NCBI GenBank assembly: GCA_033549325.1
Contig: JAWSUU010000001.1
Location: 1-62,648, forward strand
Direction of reading: 5' to 3'
From: Bacillota bacterium
GTDB lineage: Bacteria; Bacillota; Clostridia; Tissierellales; Dethiosulfatibacteraceae
Length of the DNA: 62,648 nt
Shown: positions 1 through 9,503 of the stretch, piece by piece
Numbering within the stretch: position 1 is the first letter of the stretch
Layout of the letters: each line of letters starts with the position of its first letter
Program-made: the position numbers and the translations under genes
The notes under the pieces: model-generated
Told to the model about the DNA's origin: nothing
The model's database searches: none
The model's input: the letters and a program-made list of their open reading frames with translations, nothing else

Positions 1-491
1 TCATAGGATATATCATCTGCTACCCATATTTCTATATTGTCTCCTACACTTCTTAGAGTATAAGATTTAAAGTAATATCCTCCATTATCGTATCCTAAGA
101 AGTCTTTCGTTCCACCGTTATAAGTGAAATTCTCATTGTCTCCTTCTTCTGCTTCTGCTACTTCATTTGATTTAAGTTTTGCTGCATTTTCCTTTACATC
201 TTTGTCTAGTTTTTTTCTCATATCGGTCTGCTTATCCATGTACCTTAAATACGAGCCAATATCCATTGGAATTAAATCCTTATCGAATTTTTTCTTCTCT
301 GGATTTTCTAGTGTTTTTTTAGGTACAGCTTTTTCTACTTCTCTGTCTTTTTCTACTTTTTCCGAGATAGCATCTCTTCCTTTCATATTTTTAACACCAT
401 TTGCTGATGCTTCCACATTTAATGCTAGGGAAGCAGTTATAGAGAAAATTAAAGTTATCACCAAGATGATTGATAATAGTTTCCTATTCAT
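1..491 (-). CDS. secreted protein, 5' part only (runs off window start); N-terminal region resembles M6 / immune-inhibitor-A-type metallopeptidases
   Basis: Not in the ORF track because it is open at the edge. Reverse strand has GAGGAG then ATG at 491..489. It reads MNRKLLSIILVITLIFSITASLALNVEASA (signal peptide) ... FTYNGGTKDFLGYDNGGYYFKSYTLRSVGDNIEIWVADDISY with no stop down to position 1. The + strand ORF 124..519 is its low-complexity antisense shadow. Confidence 0.6.
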   Translation of the reverse strand, partial: MNRKLLSIILVITLIFSITASLALNVEASANGVKNMKGRDAISEKVEKDREVEKAVPKKTLENPEKKKFDKDLIPMDIGSYLRYMDKQTDMRKKLDKDVKENAAKLKSNEVAEAEEGDNENFTYNGGTKDFLGYDNGGYYFKSYTLRSVGDNIEIWVADDISY

Positions 492-704
492 TTTAAATTC
501 ATCTCCTCATATTATTTAATAGAAAACCGTCCTTGACCCCCTATAAATAGCAATACAAAGATGCATTAATTAGTTTTTGTAATTCATATAAGTAGTGGAT
601 TTTAATTAAGATTAGTATTCATAATGAGTAGTGGTTTGGTAAGATTTACTGCAAATAAATTATATCATAATTAATATTTTTTTGGAATATACCCAGAAGT
701 TTAA

Positions 705-736
705 AATAAAAAACTACCCTTTCAGGTAGTCTTTTT
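705..736 (-). terminator. intrinsic terminator after the DUF1622/YeeE operon
   Basis: Stem ACTACC (713..718) / GGTAGT (725..730). The A-run on the + strand gives a U-tract on the - strand, just past the stop at 741. Confidence 0.6.
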
Positions 737-740
737 CAAT

Positions 741-1100
741 TTATTCCATTATATCTTTTTCATGAGCTTCCAGCTCTTTTTCTAAGAAATAACTTATAAA
801 TGTTCTTATTAATACTATGGCTCCTAATAAAGCTACTTCCATTATAGTAGGGTTTATGATAGTTTCAATTATATCCGCTACGATTAGTATTTCGAGACCT
901 ATTAGTATATATGAACCTAATTTAATTCTAAGCTCTTCTCTTTTTTTGTGTAGTATGGTACTTTTCTTTCTTTTTAATTCATGATACAACCATTTACTAA
1001 ATGTAATAAAGGTTCCCCATACTAGGACTGATACTGCCATCATAGCTATTATAATGGAAAAGTTATGAAGTAGATTGTAAGGAAAGTTCCACATATCCAT
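741..1100 (-). CDS. DUF1622 family membrane protein
   Basis: 119 aa with several TM segments. The C-terminal LGLEILIVADIIETI signature recalls the DUF1622 family. One-nt gap to the next gene upstream. Confidence 0.65.
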   Translation of the reverse strand: MDMWNFPYNLLHNFSIIIAMMAVSVLVWGTFITFSKWLYHELKRKKSTILHKKREELRIKLGSYILIGLEILIVADIIETIINPTIMEVALLGAIVLIRTFISYFLEKELEAHEKDIME

Positions 1101-1101
1101 T

Positions 1102-1662
1102 TTAAAGCCCCGCTACTTCAAGAATTACCATAAATACAAAAAGTATTAAGGCAAATGGTACTGTGAATTTAAGTGTATTTCCCTCTATTTTATCAAATAG
1201 TGATACTTTACTAAATCTATCTTCTGTTACCAGATTCTTTTCTTTAAGTTTTGTATACATAGATGCAAATATTCCTGTACCTATTACTATACCTATCATT
1301 CCCCCGATAAGTCCATCTAAATTTCCGCTACCTACTGCAGCTGCTATTGTACCAGGACAGTATCCTAATGTGCCGAATCCAACTCCAAATATCAATCCTC
1401 CGATGATAGAATTTTTAATTGAACCACCTTTTACATGAAGTTTTACTAAACCCGAAGGTCTAAGAATACTTATTCCAATCATTGTAACAATTACTGCTGA
1501 AAGCATAATTTTTAGCACTGTGAAATCTTGAAGTCTAAGCTGAGCTAATATTATATCGTAGTTTGAAACTCCGCCTTTTTGAAGTAAAAACCCAAAAATA
1601 ATTCCAAATATCAATCCTAATACTAACTGTAGTCCTTTTGTTTGTCTGATTTCATCTAACAT
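1102..1662 (-). CDS. YeeE/YedE family sulfur-compound transport protein (half-size)
   Basis: 186 aa polytopic protein with Gly-rich helices (GGLIFGVGFGTLGYCPG). Paired with a second half-size YeeE/YedE gene. Confidence 0.7.
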   Translation of the reverse strand: MLDEIRQTKGLQLVLGLIFGIIFGFLLQKGGVSNYDIILAQLRLQDFTVLKIMLSAVIVTMIGISILRPSGLVKLHVKGGSIKNSIIGGLIFGVGFGTLGYCPGTIAAAVGSGNLDGLIGGMIGIVIGTGIFASMYTKLKEKNLVTEDRFSKVSLFDKIEGNTLKFTVPFALILFVFMVILEVAGL

Positions 1663-1676
1663 ATTTTACACCTCCA

Positions 1677-2189
1677 CTAAATTCCGTATATTAGGAGGGC
1701 TGACGCTATTCCTCCGATGAAAAAACATATAGCCGCAACCCAGCTTAAAATAGACAACTGAGCTGTACCACTAATACCGTGTCCACTTGTACATCCTCCA
1801 GCCCATCTTGCTCCTATTCCTAAGGTTATTCCACCAAACATTGCGATTATAAATCTAAGGAAAAAACTTGATGATATTTCAGCTTGCCACATGTTGGGAA
1901 CAATAATAACTTCAAATGCTCCTGATAATTTTGCTGAAATAAAGGCACCAATAATTATTCCTACTACTAACATCCATCCCCAGTCGATTGTAGGAGCTAC
2001 TTTTAGATAGTATTCATTCTTTTCAACTTTTTCTTTATTAAAAATTTTACGTATCATTCCACTTGTTTTTGCGAAAGATGTGGATGCACCTAATGCTTTG
2101 TCAGATATTATTAAAGTTGTTATGTTTAAAAGTCCTATTAATATCCCTACTACATATGGTGACCACATTTCTAGTCTAAATACATTCAT
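1677..2189 (-). CDS. YeeE/YedE family sulfur-compound transport protein (half-size)
   Basis: 170 aa membrane protein carrying the GGCTSGHG motif typical of the YeeE/YedE family. Confidence 0.75.
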   Translation of the reverse strand: MNVFRLEMWSPYVVGILIGLLNITTLIISDKALGASTSFAKTSGMIRKIFNKEKVEKNEYYLKVAPTIDWGWMLVVGIIIGAFISAKLSGAFEVIIVPNMWQAEISSSFFLRFIIAMFGGITLGIGARWAGGCTSGHGISGTAQLSILSWVAAICFFIGGIASALLIYGI

Positions 2190-2243
2190 TATAATTCCTC
2201 CTCTTTTAAATACACCTACGACTCATACCGTAGGATGCATTTT

Positions 2244-3608
2244 TTATTTGTCTTTATATGCCATATAGGATTGAATTCCTCCACCTAAATTGGACACATT
2301 TTCAAAACCTTTTGATCTAAGTATACTTGCTCCTAGACTTGATCTAGCTCCAGAGTTACAGTATAAAATTATTTTTTTATCTTTATCCAATTCAGTATAT
2401 CTTGTTCTTAGATCAGGTGAAGGAATGTTAACGGCTCCTTCTACGTGATTTTCTTCATATGCTTTTTTATCTCTACCATCTACTATTACATATTTAGCAT
2501 CATCTTTGTATTCATCTACTACTGATGGATGTAACTGAGGAACATCGCTTGTTTCATATGCTTTTGTCAACCAGCTTTTCATACTTCCATCTAGATAACC
2601 AATTACATTATCAATACCTACTCTGTAAAGCCAAAGTGCTGATTCTTCAGCTCTTTCCTTATCTTCAGCTACCAGAAGTATTTTTTTATCCGGTGGTACA
2701 ACCCATCCTGCAAAAGTAGGTAAGTTGCTTATAAAATCTATATTATAAGATTTTGGAATATGCTGTCCTCCAAATCCTGTGTAAGATCTAGTGTCAACTA
2801 CAAAGGTATCATCTTGTTGAGATTTTTCGTAAAATTCTCCTGCCTTCATTTTTTTAAGTTCCGGTAGTTTATAAATAGGAAGTGGTCCTTTTGCATTTAA
2901 AGCACTACATCTTGCAAAGTGATCCGGTACTTCCGGCATATCTTCAGTAAGATTTTTTATAAATTCATCGATATCTTTATACTGAAAAACAGGATTATGC
3001 TTTCTTTCATATCCTACAGTACTTCTATATTTAGCTCCCATAGCCTTCCCACAAAGAGATCCTTCACCGTGAGCGGGATATACTTCAACAAAGTCCGGTA
3101 GTTTAAGAATTTTATTGAATAGACTATCGTAAAGTTTTTTTGCCAACTCTTCTTTCCTGTCAGGAAAAAGATCCGGTCTTCCTGCGTCTCCTACAAATAA
3201 AGTATCTCCGCAGAAAATTCCAATAGGATCCTCTGATCTAGACAAATCTCTAACTATATAAGTTATATGTTCTGGAGTATGACCAGGAGTTTCAATAACT
3301 TCAAATTCAATATCTTCAAGTTTAAATTTATCTCCTTCTTCTAAAGCTTGGTGATTAAACTGTGCTTCTCCTGATTTAGGAAAATACATAGCTGCACCGG
3401 TTTTTTCTGCTAATTCTATGTGTCCAGACAGAAAGTCTGCATGAAGGTGTGTTTCCAAAATATGAGTAATTTTAACTCCCATTTTTTCCGCCTCTTCTAT
3501 ATATAAATCAACATCCCTACTTGGATCTACTACCGCACAGGTTTCACTTCCAGCAACTATATATGAACTGTGGGCTATTTTTTCTACGTAATAATGTTTT
3601 AATAACAT
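2244..3608 (-). CDS. MBL-fold hydrolase fused to tandem rhodanese domains (persulfide dioxygenase / sulfurtransferase type)
   Basis: 454 aa. HxHxDH metallo-beta-lactamase motif (ETHLHADFLSGH) at the N-terminus. C-terminal rhodanese active-site loop YCNSGARS. Confidence 0.75.
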   Translation of the reverse strand: MLLKHYYVEKIAHSSYIVAGSETCAVVDPSRDVDLYIEEAEKMGVKITHILETHLHADFLSGHIELAEKTGAAMYFPKSGEAQFNHQALEEGDKFKLEDIEFEVIETPGHTPEHITYIVRDLSRSEDPIGIFCGDTLFVGDAGRPDLFPDRKEELAKKLYDSLFNKILKLPDFVEVYPAHGEGSLCGKAMGAKYRSTVGYERKHNPVFQYKDIDEFIKNLTEDMPEVPDHFARCSALNAKGPLPIYKLPELKKMKAGEFYEKSQQDDTFVVDTRSYTGFGGQHIPKSYNIDFISNLPTFAGWVVPPDKKILLVAEDKERAEESALWLYRVGIDNVIGYLDGSMKSWLTKAYETSDVPQLHPSVVDEYKDDAKYVIVDGRDKKAYEENHVEGAVNIPSPDLRTRYTELDKDKKIILYCNSGARSSLGASILRSKGFENVSNLGGGIQSYMAYKDK

Positions 3609-3635
3609 GAACTTCCTCCTATCTAATTATAAGTT

Positions 3636-5429
3636 TTATGTATATATTATATAAACACCAAATACAGCTACTATTAGGAACAATACAGACATAATACTCC
3701 CTGATTTAATGTAATCTTTATTACTGTATCCTCCTGGTCCCATTAAAAATGCATTAACCTGATGGGTAGGTAGTATAAATGAATTTGATGCTGATATCGC
3801 TACTAACATAGATAATGCTCTTGGACTTATTCCAAAATTTTCTCCCATAATTATTACCAAGGGTACAAGTAAAACTGTTGCAGCTACATTTGACATGAAT
3901 AGGGAAAATAATGTAGTAAGTAATCCAATTACAAACATAATTGGTATTGTACCCCAGGACTCAATAATGTTCATAACAAAATCTGCAGTATACTGAGCTG
4001 CTCCCGACTGCTCGAAAGCTATACCTAATGGTATTAATCCACTTAATAAAAATACCGTTTTCCAGTCTATGCCTTTATATACTTCGTCTACAGGTATTAC
4101 ACCACTAAGTATCATAAGTAATGCTCCTGTTAAAAATCCTAATGATAATTTGAATCCTAAAAGAACTAGTAGTATCGCTATAGCTAATGATATAACTGCA
4201 TAAGAAGAATGTTTTACCTGATCTTCAGATATGTCTCCCGGAACTGGAGATACAACTACCAAATCTTCCATGTTCTTTAATTTTCTAATATCAGACCATC
4301 TACCGTATATTATTAAAGCTTGTCCTGGCTTTAAAGGTTTTTTGTAGTAATCTACTATTTCTCCCTCTCTATTTATCATAACTACTGGCTCTACATTAAA
4401 GTTTTTTCTTACAGCTATTTCGCTGATGCTTTTATCTTTTAGTTTAGACCCAGGAGGAATTATTATTTCAGCAAATCCAGCAAAACTATCTTCTTCAATA
4501 TTTGAAAAATGATCTAAATTTGTCATAAGATTAAGTTCACAATCTTTAGAAAATTCTTCTACATTTTCTATTTTACCAAGTACAGCTAGATACTGTCCTT
4601 CAGAAAATTTAGTTTTCCTCCAGGGAGCATATGTAATACTATCTCCTTCTTTTAAAGCTACTATATGTATATTGAATCTATTCCATAAATCCACCTCTTG
4701 TATCGTTTTATCTATTATAGGGCTATCTTTACTTACTTTTACTTCATATAAAGTGCTTGGAAGATCAAATAATTCTATTAATTTTTTCTGATGAGAATCT
4801 TTAGAATCATCGCCTCCTGAAGGAAGTACTTTATCGCCAAATAAATAAAAATATCCAATCCCGGTAATTAAAAGTGCTGCTCCTATAGGTGTAGGACCAA
4901 ATATGCTAAATCTATCGTATCCTGCTCCTGTAACCATATCATTTAGGATTATCAATGGTCCTGAAGCTACCATAGTAAGAGTACCTCCCAGTATAGCTGC
5001 AAAACCCATAGGCATGATAAGTTTAGAAGGACTTATTTTTGTTTTCTTAGATATTTTCATTAAAGCCGGTAAAAACAGAGCTGTTGCACCAATATTTTGC
5101 ATAAATGAAGATATAATCCCAACGGTACCGGAAACTAGTGTAAGGATTTTTTTCTGAGATGTGCCTGCGGCTTTAGTAATTTTTTCGGATACTACGTTCA
5201 TAATTCCGGATCTATCTATTCCATAACCCATAATCATTACTGCCATTATGGATACAACTGCATTACTTGAAAATCCTGAAAAAGCTTGGGTGACTTCTAT
5301 AAGTCCTGTCCAGGCTAAGACAACCATTATTATTATTGCTGTGATATCCGGTCTAACAAGTTCTGATACAAATAAAAATATAGCTAATGCTAAAATACCA
5401 TAAGCTATTAATATTTCCGTCGTCAACAA
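3636..5429 (-). CDS. SLC13/DASS family permease with central TrkA-C (RCK-C) domains
   Basis: 597 aa. Hydrophobic N- and C-terminal transporter halves flank a soluble central segment of about 200 aa. TTG start preceded by GGGGGTGA. Confidence 0.7.
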   Translation of the reverse strand: MLTTEILIAYGILALAIFLFVSELVRPDITAIIIMVVLAWTGLIEVTQAFSGFSSNAVVSIMAVMIMGYGIDRSGIMNVVSEKITKAAGTSQKKILTLVSGTVGIISSFMQNIGATALFLPALMKISKKTKISPSKLIMPMGFAAILGGTLTMVASGPLIILNDMVTGAGYDRFSIFGPTPIGAALLITGIGYFYLFGDKVLPSGGDDSKDSHQKKLIELFDLPSTLYEVKVSKDSPIIDKTIQEVDLWNRFNIHIVALKEGDSITYAPWRKTKFSEGQYLAVLGKIENVEEFSKDCELNLMTNLDHFSNIEEDSFAGFAEIIIPPGSKLKDKSISEIAVRKNFNVEPVVMINREGEIVDYYKKPLKPGQALIIYGRWSDIRKLKNMEDLVVVSPVPGDISEDQVKHSSYAVISLAIAILLVLLGFKLSLGFLTGALLMILSGVIPVDEVYKGIDWKTVFLLSGLIPLGIAFEQSGAAQYTADFVMNIIESWGTIPIMFVIGLLTTLFSLFMSNVAATVLLVPLVIIMGENFGISPRALSMLVAISASNSFILPTHQVNAFLMGPGGYSNKDYIKSGSIMSVLFLIVAVFGVYIIYT

Positions 5430-5591
5430 ATCACCCCCAAAATTAAATTTCCTTCTTTTATATTTATATCCAATTATAGAAATTTAAAACATTTTTTAAT
5501 GAATTTTCAGTTTTTTATTTTAGTTGAAAAAAATATTCGCTCTGATAGAATTAAATTAATAATCAAATACATATCCTCAGGAGAGTAAATA

Positions 5592-6110
5592 ATGAAAAAG
5601 AAATATTTTGCAATAATGGCAAGTCACAGAAAAAATAAAAATACAGATAGTGCATTAAATAAATATATAAATAAATTAGAAGATAACGGTGCTTTAGTTG
5701 AAAAAGCAAATTTATTAGATTTTAATATTAGTATATGCACCTCTTGCTACTACTGCAGCAGAAATTATAAAGAGTGTGTAATTAAAGATGATATGGAATT
5801 TTTTTACAAGAAATTTGAAGAGTATGATAATTTTATTTTTGCTACTCCAGTTTTTTTTAATAATTTAAGCACTTTAGGTAAAATTATGGTAGACCGAAGC
5901 CAAATGGTATATGCCGCTAATACTTTTTTCGAAAAAAGATTTAAATCCACTCATAAAAAAGGTAAGGCTGTAATAATATCCACAGCAGGTGCACCATATT
6001 ATGATGATCAGTTTACAGGAGTTGAATCAACTTTAAGATTATTTTTCAGAAATCTAAATGCTGAAGTAGTAGAACATATAAAAATAAGTGATACGGATAA
6101 GAATTTATAA
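5592..6110 (+). CDS. flavodoxin-fold NADPH-dependent FMN reductase / iron-sulfur flavoprotein (Isf-like)
   Basis: 172 aa. Compact Cys motif CTSCYYCSRNYKEC (C-x2-C-x2-C-x6-C) after the first beta-alpha unit, as in Isf-type proteins. Confidence 0.65.
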   Translation: MKKKYFAIMASHRKNKNTDSALNKYINKLEDNGALVEKANLLDFNISICTSCYYCSRNYKECVIKDDMEFFYKKFEEYDNFIFATPVFFNNLSTLGKIMVDRSQMVYAANTFFEKRFKSTHKKGKAVIISTAGAPYYDDQFTGVESTLRLFFRNLNAEVVEHIKISDTDKNL

Positions 6111-6208
6111 AATAATGTATTGAATTCCTTATTAAATCATGATAGTATCTAAAGATAGTTTTCAAATCGTATACATTTGTATTTATATAACTTACACGGG
6201 AGGTTTTC

Positions 6209-7477
6209 ATGAATAAAATAAATATAGGTCTATTAGGTCTAGGCACAGTAGGTACTGGCTTTGTTAAAACTCTTAACTTAAACAAGGAAAAAATATTTAA
6301 AGATTTAGGTAAGGAAATAATCATTAAAAAAATTTTAGTCGGTAACTTAAATAAGAAAAGAAATATAGATACATCGACATACGAAATGACTGATAATTTC
6401 GAAGATATTTTAGTGGATGAAGATATTGATATAGTAGTTGAACTACTTGGTGGTCTATCTCCTTCTTTCGAATATATAGAAAAATCTCTATTAAAAGGAA
6501 AAAATGTAGTAACAGCTAATAAGGCTGTCGTAGCAACATACAGTCAAGAGCTTTATAAAGCATGTGGACGTAGTAACTCTATCTTAAAATTTGAAGCAAG
6601 CGTTGGTGGTGGTATTCCTATAATAAATACTATAAAAGATAATCTAGTATCAAATAAAATAGATGAAATTATGGGAATAATAAATGGAACTACAAATTTT
6701 ATTTTAACTCAAATGACTGAACACAATATGGATTTTAAGAAAGCAGTAGTATTAGCTCAAGAAAAAGGATTTGCAGAAGCAGACCCTTCTTCTGATCTAG
6801 AGGGAGAAGATGCAGTTTATAAACTGTCAATACTATCAAACATTGCTTTTGAAAAAAGTGTCTCCCCAAAAGATATTCCAAGTGAAGGAATCAAAAAAAT
6901 AAACCAAGAAGACATAAAATATGCCGAAGAATTAGGTTACAATATAAAGTTATTAGCAATAGGGGATAACTCAAAAGAAGAATTAGAACTTTCTGTTGAA
7001 CCAACTTTTATAAAAAAATCTCATCCTCTATCTTCTGTTAAAAATGAGTTTAACGGAGTTTTTTTAAGGGGTAATTCCATTGGCGAAGTAATGTTATACG
7101 GAAAAGGTTCTGGTGGAATGGCTACTGGAAGTGCTGTATTAAGTGATGTAATAAATATTGCAAAAAATAATTGCAATACAAATCTTCTTACAGATAATAA
7201 AGTAGAAATTTTAACTTCTTCAAATATTAAACACAGATATTACATACGTTTAGAAGTTGTTGATAAGGCAGGAGTCTTAGGTCAAATTGCTCAATATTTT
7301 GGTGACGAAAATGTAAGTATAGAATCTGTAGTACAAAAAAATGCCAATGGTGATACTGTTCCTCTTATTTTTATCACTCACGAAACTCCAAAAGATAATT
7401 TGATTCGATCTATTTCCAAAATCAAAAAATTCGAATCTGTCATAGGAGTAGAAAACATTATAAGAATTCTCAACTAA
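6209..7477 (+). CDS. hom: homoserine dehydrogenase
   Basis: 422 aa. N-terminal Rossmann motif GLLGLGTVGTG, a central catalytic region, and a C-terminal ACT-like domain. RBS GGGAGG upstream. Confidence 0.85.
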   Translation: MNKINIGLLGLGTVGTGFVKTLNLNKEKIFKDLGKEIIIKKILVGNLNKKRNIDTSTYEMTDNFEDILVDEDIDIVVELLGGLSPSFEYIEKSLLKGKNVVTANKAVVATYSQELYKACGRSNSILKFEASVGGGIPIINTIKDNLVSNKIDEIMGIINGTTNFILTQMTEHNMDFKKAVVLAQEKGFAEADPSSDLEGEDAVYKLSILSNIAFEKSVSPKDIPSEGIKKINQEDIKYAEELGYNIKLLAIGDNSKEELELSVEPTFIKKSHPLSSVKNEFNGVFLRGNSIGEVMLYGKGSGGMATGSAVLSDVINIAKNNCNTNLLTDNKVEILTSSNIKHRYYIRLEVVDKAGVLGQIAQYFGDENVSIESVVQKNANGDTVPLIFITHETPKDNLIRSISKIKKFESVIGVENIIRILN

Positions 7478-7481
7478 AATC

Positions 7482-7517
7482 AAACAGGCTGAGTATTATC
7501 TCAGCTTGTTTTTTTAA
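7482..7517 (+). terminator. intrinsic terminator after hom
   Basis: AAACAGGCTGAG - loop - CTCAGCTTGTTT followed by TTTTTT. Confidence 0.8.
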
Positions 7518-7578
7518 TTGAAAATTGATTATTATTTTCTGCTGTGATATATTAGATAAATGGGAATAGGAGGCATTT

Positions 7579-8700
7579 ATGTTAATTGAATTTTTAAAAT
7601 CTTTTTTATTAATTTTTACAGCTGAAATAGGTGATAAAACTCAAATATTAGCTCTTTCATTTTCTCTATCTTACAGCATAAAAGAAATTTTTTACGGATT
7701 TCTAGTAGGGTCTATAATTAGTCAAGGATTAGCTGTTTTAGCAGGGCAAATATTACAAATATATATACCTTCAACTTACCTATATTATATGTCCGCTGTT
7801 ATATTTCTATTTTTTGGATTTTTAAATATAGTTAAATTTAGCGAAAATCCTGGAAGAAAAAATATTAATGTAAAAAACATTGTTTTATTGATAGCTTTAA
7901 CTTTTTTTCTTGTAGAATTAGGAGATAAAACACAACTTTCAGCTTTGGCCGTAGCTTCAAAATCAAACTTTCCTTTTTTTAACTTGTTAGGAGGTACCTC
8001 TTCTATTTTATCGGTAAGTGTAATTTTTATACTTATGAGCAGAAAATTAGGTTCAAAACTTCCTGAAAGATCAATCAAAATAGCTTCATCCTTTATTTTC
8101 ATAATAATTGGAATAGTCAACCTAACTTATGCTCTTCCGACATTTATCACCGAGGGATTAATTTATCTGATTGTTATTTTTGGAATTATAGGTGTTTATA
8201 TAATGATATCCATTAAGTTTTACAAACAAACTAAATTTGGAAATAATTCTTTGAGGAAATCTTCAAATGAGCTTTACAACTATTATAACAAACTTAGTAA
8301 TTATATAGATGAAATATGTCTAGGCTCAGAAACATGTGGTAACTGCATGGAAGAAAGCTGTATTATAGGTTATACAAAAAATATCATCAAAGATATCATA
8401 TATGATAAAGATATAAAAGAGAAAAACATAAAAGAATTCTATCCAAGTTTAAAGAAAAATTTTAACAATGAAAGGGTTTATGCTAGCCTAAGTATTATAA
8501 TTGGCTTTTTAAATGATCATCCTGAATATACTAATGAAGAATTATCTGTTCTCAATAAAACAAGAAATAATCTTGAAATGATTCTTTTTGGAAAGAATTT
8601 TAAATTTAAAAACATTGACTATTATCTGGAACATATTAATTCCGCTGATAAAAAAGCTGTAAAGAAGATTAAATTTTATTTAGATAAAAAAACTTTTTAG
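7579..8700 (+). CDS. UPF0016 (GDT1/TMEM165) family cation transporter with long Cys-containing C-terminal extension
   Basis: 373 aa. Two copies of the family signature (AEIGDKTQ and VELGDKTQ) lie in the membrane part. About 150 soluble residues follow, containing CLGSETCGNCMEESC. Confidence 0.7.
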   Translation: MLIEFLKSFLLIFTAEIGDKTQILALSFSLSYSIKEIFYGFLVGSIISQGLAVLAGQILQIYIPSTYLYYMSAVIFLFFGFLNIVKFSENPGRKNINVKNIVLLIALTFFLVELGDKTQLSALAVASKSNFPFFNLLGGTSSILSVSVIFILMSRKLGSKLPERSIKIASSFIFIIIGIVNLTYALPTFITEGLIYLIVIFGIIGVYIMISIKFYKQTKFGNNSLRKSSNELYNYYNKLSNYIDEICLGSETCGNCMEESCIIGYTKNIIKDIIYDKDIKEKNIKEFYPSLKKNFNNERVYASLSIIIGFLNDHPEYTNEELSVLNKTRNNLEMILFGKNFKFKNIDYYLEHINSADKKAVKKIKFYLDKKTF

Positions 8701-9503
8701 TTAATTCTTCCTCTTATAAATGAGGTGACTAAAAATACCGTTACGGCTACAAGTATTATAGTTGCTCCTGAAGGAATATTGAAAACATATGAAATATACA
8801 GACCCGAAAAACTCAAAATAATACCAAAAATAATGGATAAAACCATTATTTTTTTTAGGTCTTTTGTAAACAGCTTGGATATAGCTGGTGGTATAGTTAA
8901 AAGGGCTATAGCTAATATAATTCCAGCTACTTTAATTAAAATAACTATACTTAAAGATATTAAGATGAAAAGCAAGTACTCTAATTTTACAACATCAACA
9001 CCCATGACTTTTAAATATTCTTCATCAAAAAGATATGCCTTCCAGTAGTTAAATGCTGACGATATTATTAGAACTATGAATAGTCCTAAGACAAACATGA
9101 TTTTTATATAGGTAGTAGACACAGTTAATATATCACCAAATAAGTAAGATGTCATGTCAGGTTTATATCCGGAAGCCATTGATATAAATAAGATACCTAA
9201 AGCCATCCCTACCGCCCAAAACATACCTATCAATGTATCAGATTTTGTTTTAGTCTCTCTTCTGATTTTAGATATGCTGAGGGCTGCAATTACAGCGAAA
9301 ACTAGTCCTCCTATAATAGGTTCGAAGCCTAGAAGATATCCTAATCCAATTCCACCAAAAGAAGTATGAGCTATACCACCGCTCATACTGACCAATTTTT
9401 TTTCCACAATAATTGTGCCTATAATTCCACATACTATACTTGCAATTAAAGAAGAAACTACAGCATTTCTTAAAAAAGTGTATTCAAATAAAGCTTCAAT
9501 CAT
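8697..9503 (-). CDS. znuB: zinc/metal ABC transporter permease
   Basis: 268 aa polytopic ABC-3 type permease. Overlaps the ATPase gene by 8 nt. Part of an A-C-B operon next to a Fur-family regulator. Confidence 0.8.
   Translation of the reverse strand: MIEALFEYTFLRNAVVSSLIASIVCGIIGTIIVEKKLVSMSGGIAHTSFGGIGLGYLLGFEPIIGGLVFAVIAALSISKIRRETKTKSDTLIGMFWAVGMALGILFISMASGYKPDMTSYLFGDILTVSTTYIKIMFVLGLFIVLIISSAFNYWKAYLFDEEYLKVMGVDVVKLEYLLFILISLSIVILIKVAGIILAIALLTIPPAISKLFTKDLKKIMVLSIIFGIILSFSGLYISYVFNIPSGATIILVAVTVFLVTSFIRGRIN

Noticed and set aside
124-519. 131-aa + strand ORF from the track (Ser/Phe/Leu-rich).
   Set aside because: It is low-complexity and has no RBS. It lies exactly antisense to a well-formed signal-peptide-bearing CDS (1..491, - strand) with an M6-peptidase-like sequence, so it is a shadow ORF.
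7518-7578. A yybP-ykoY (Mn) riboswitch in front of the UPF0016 transporter gene.
   Set aside because: Only about 60 nt lie between the hom terminator and the start codon, and none of the conserved riboswitch segments are present.
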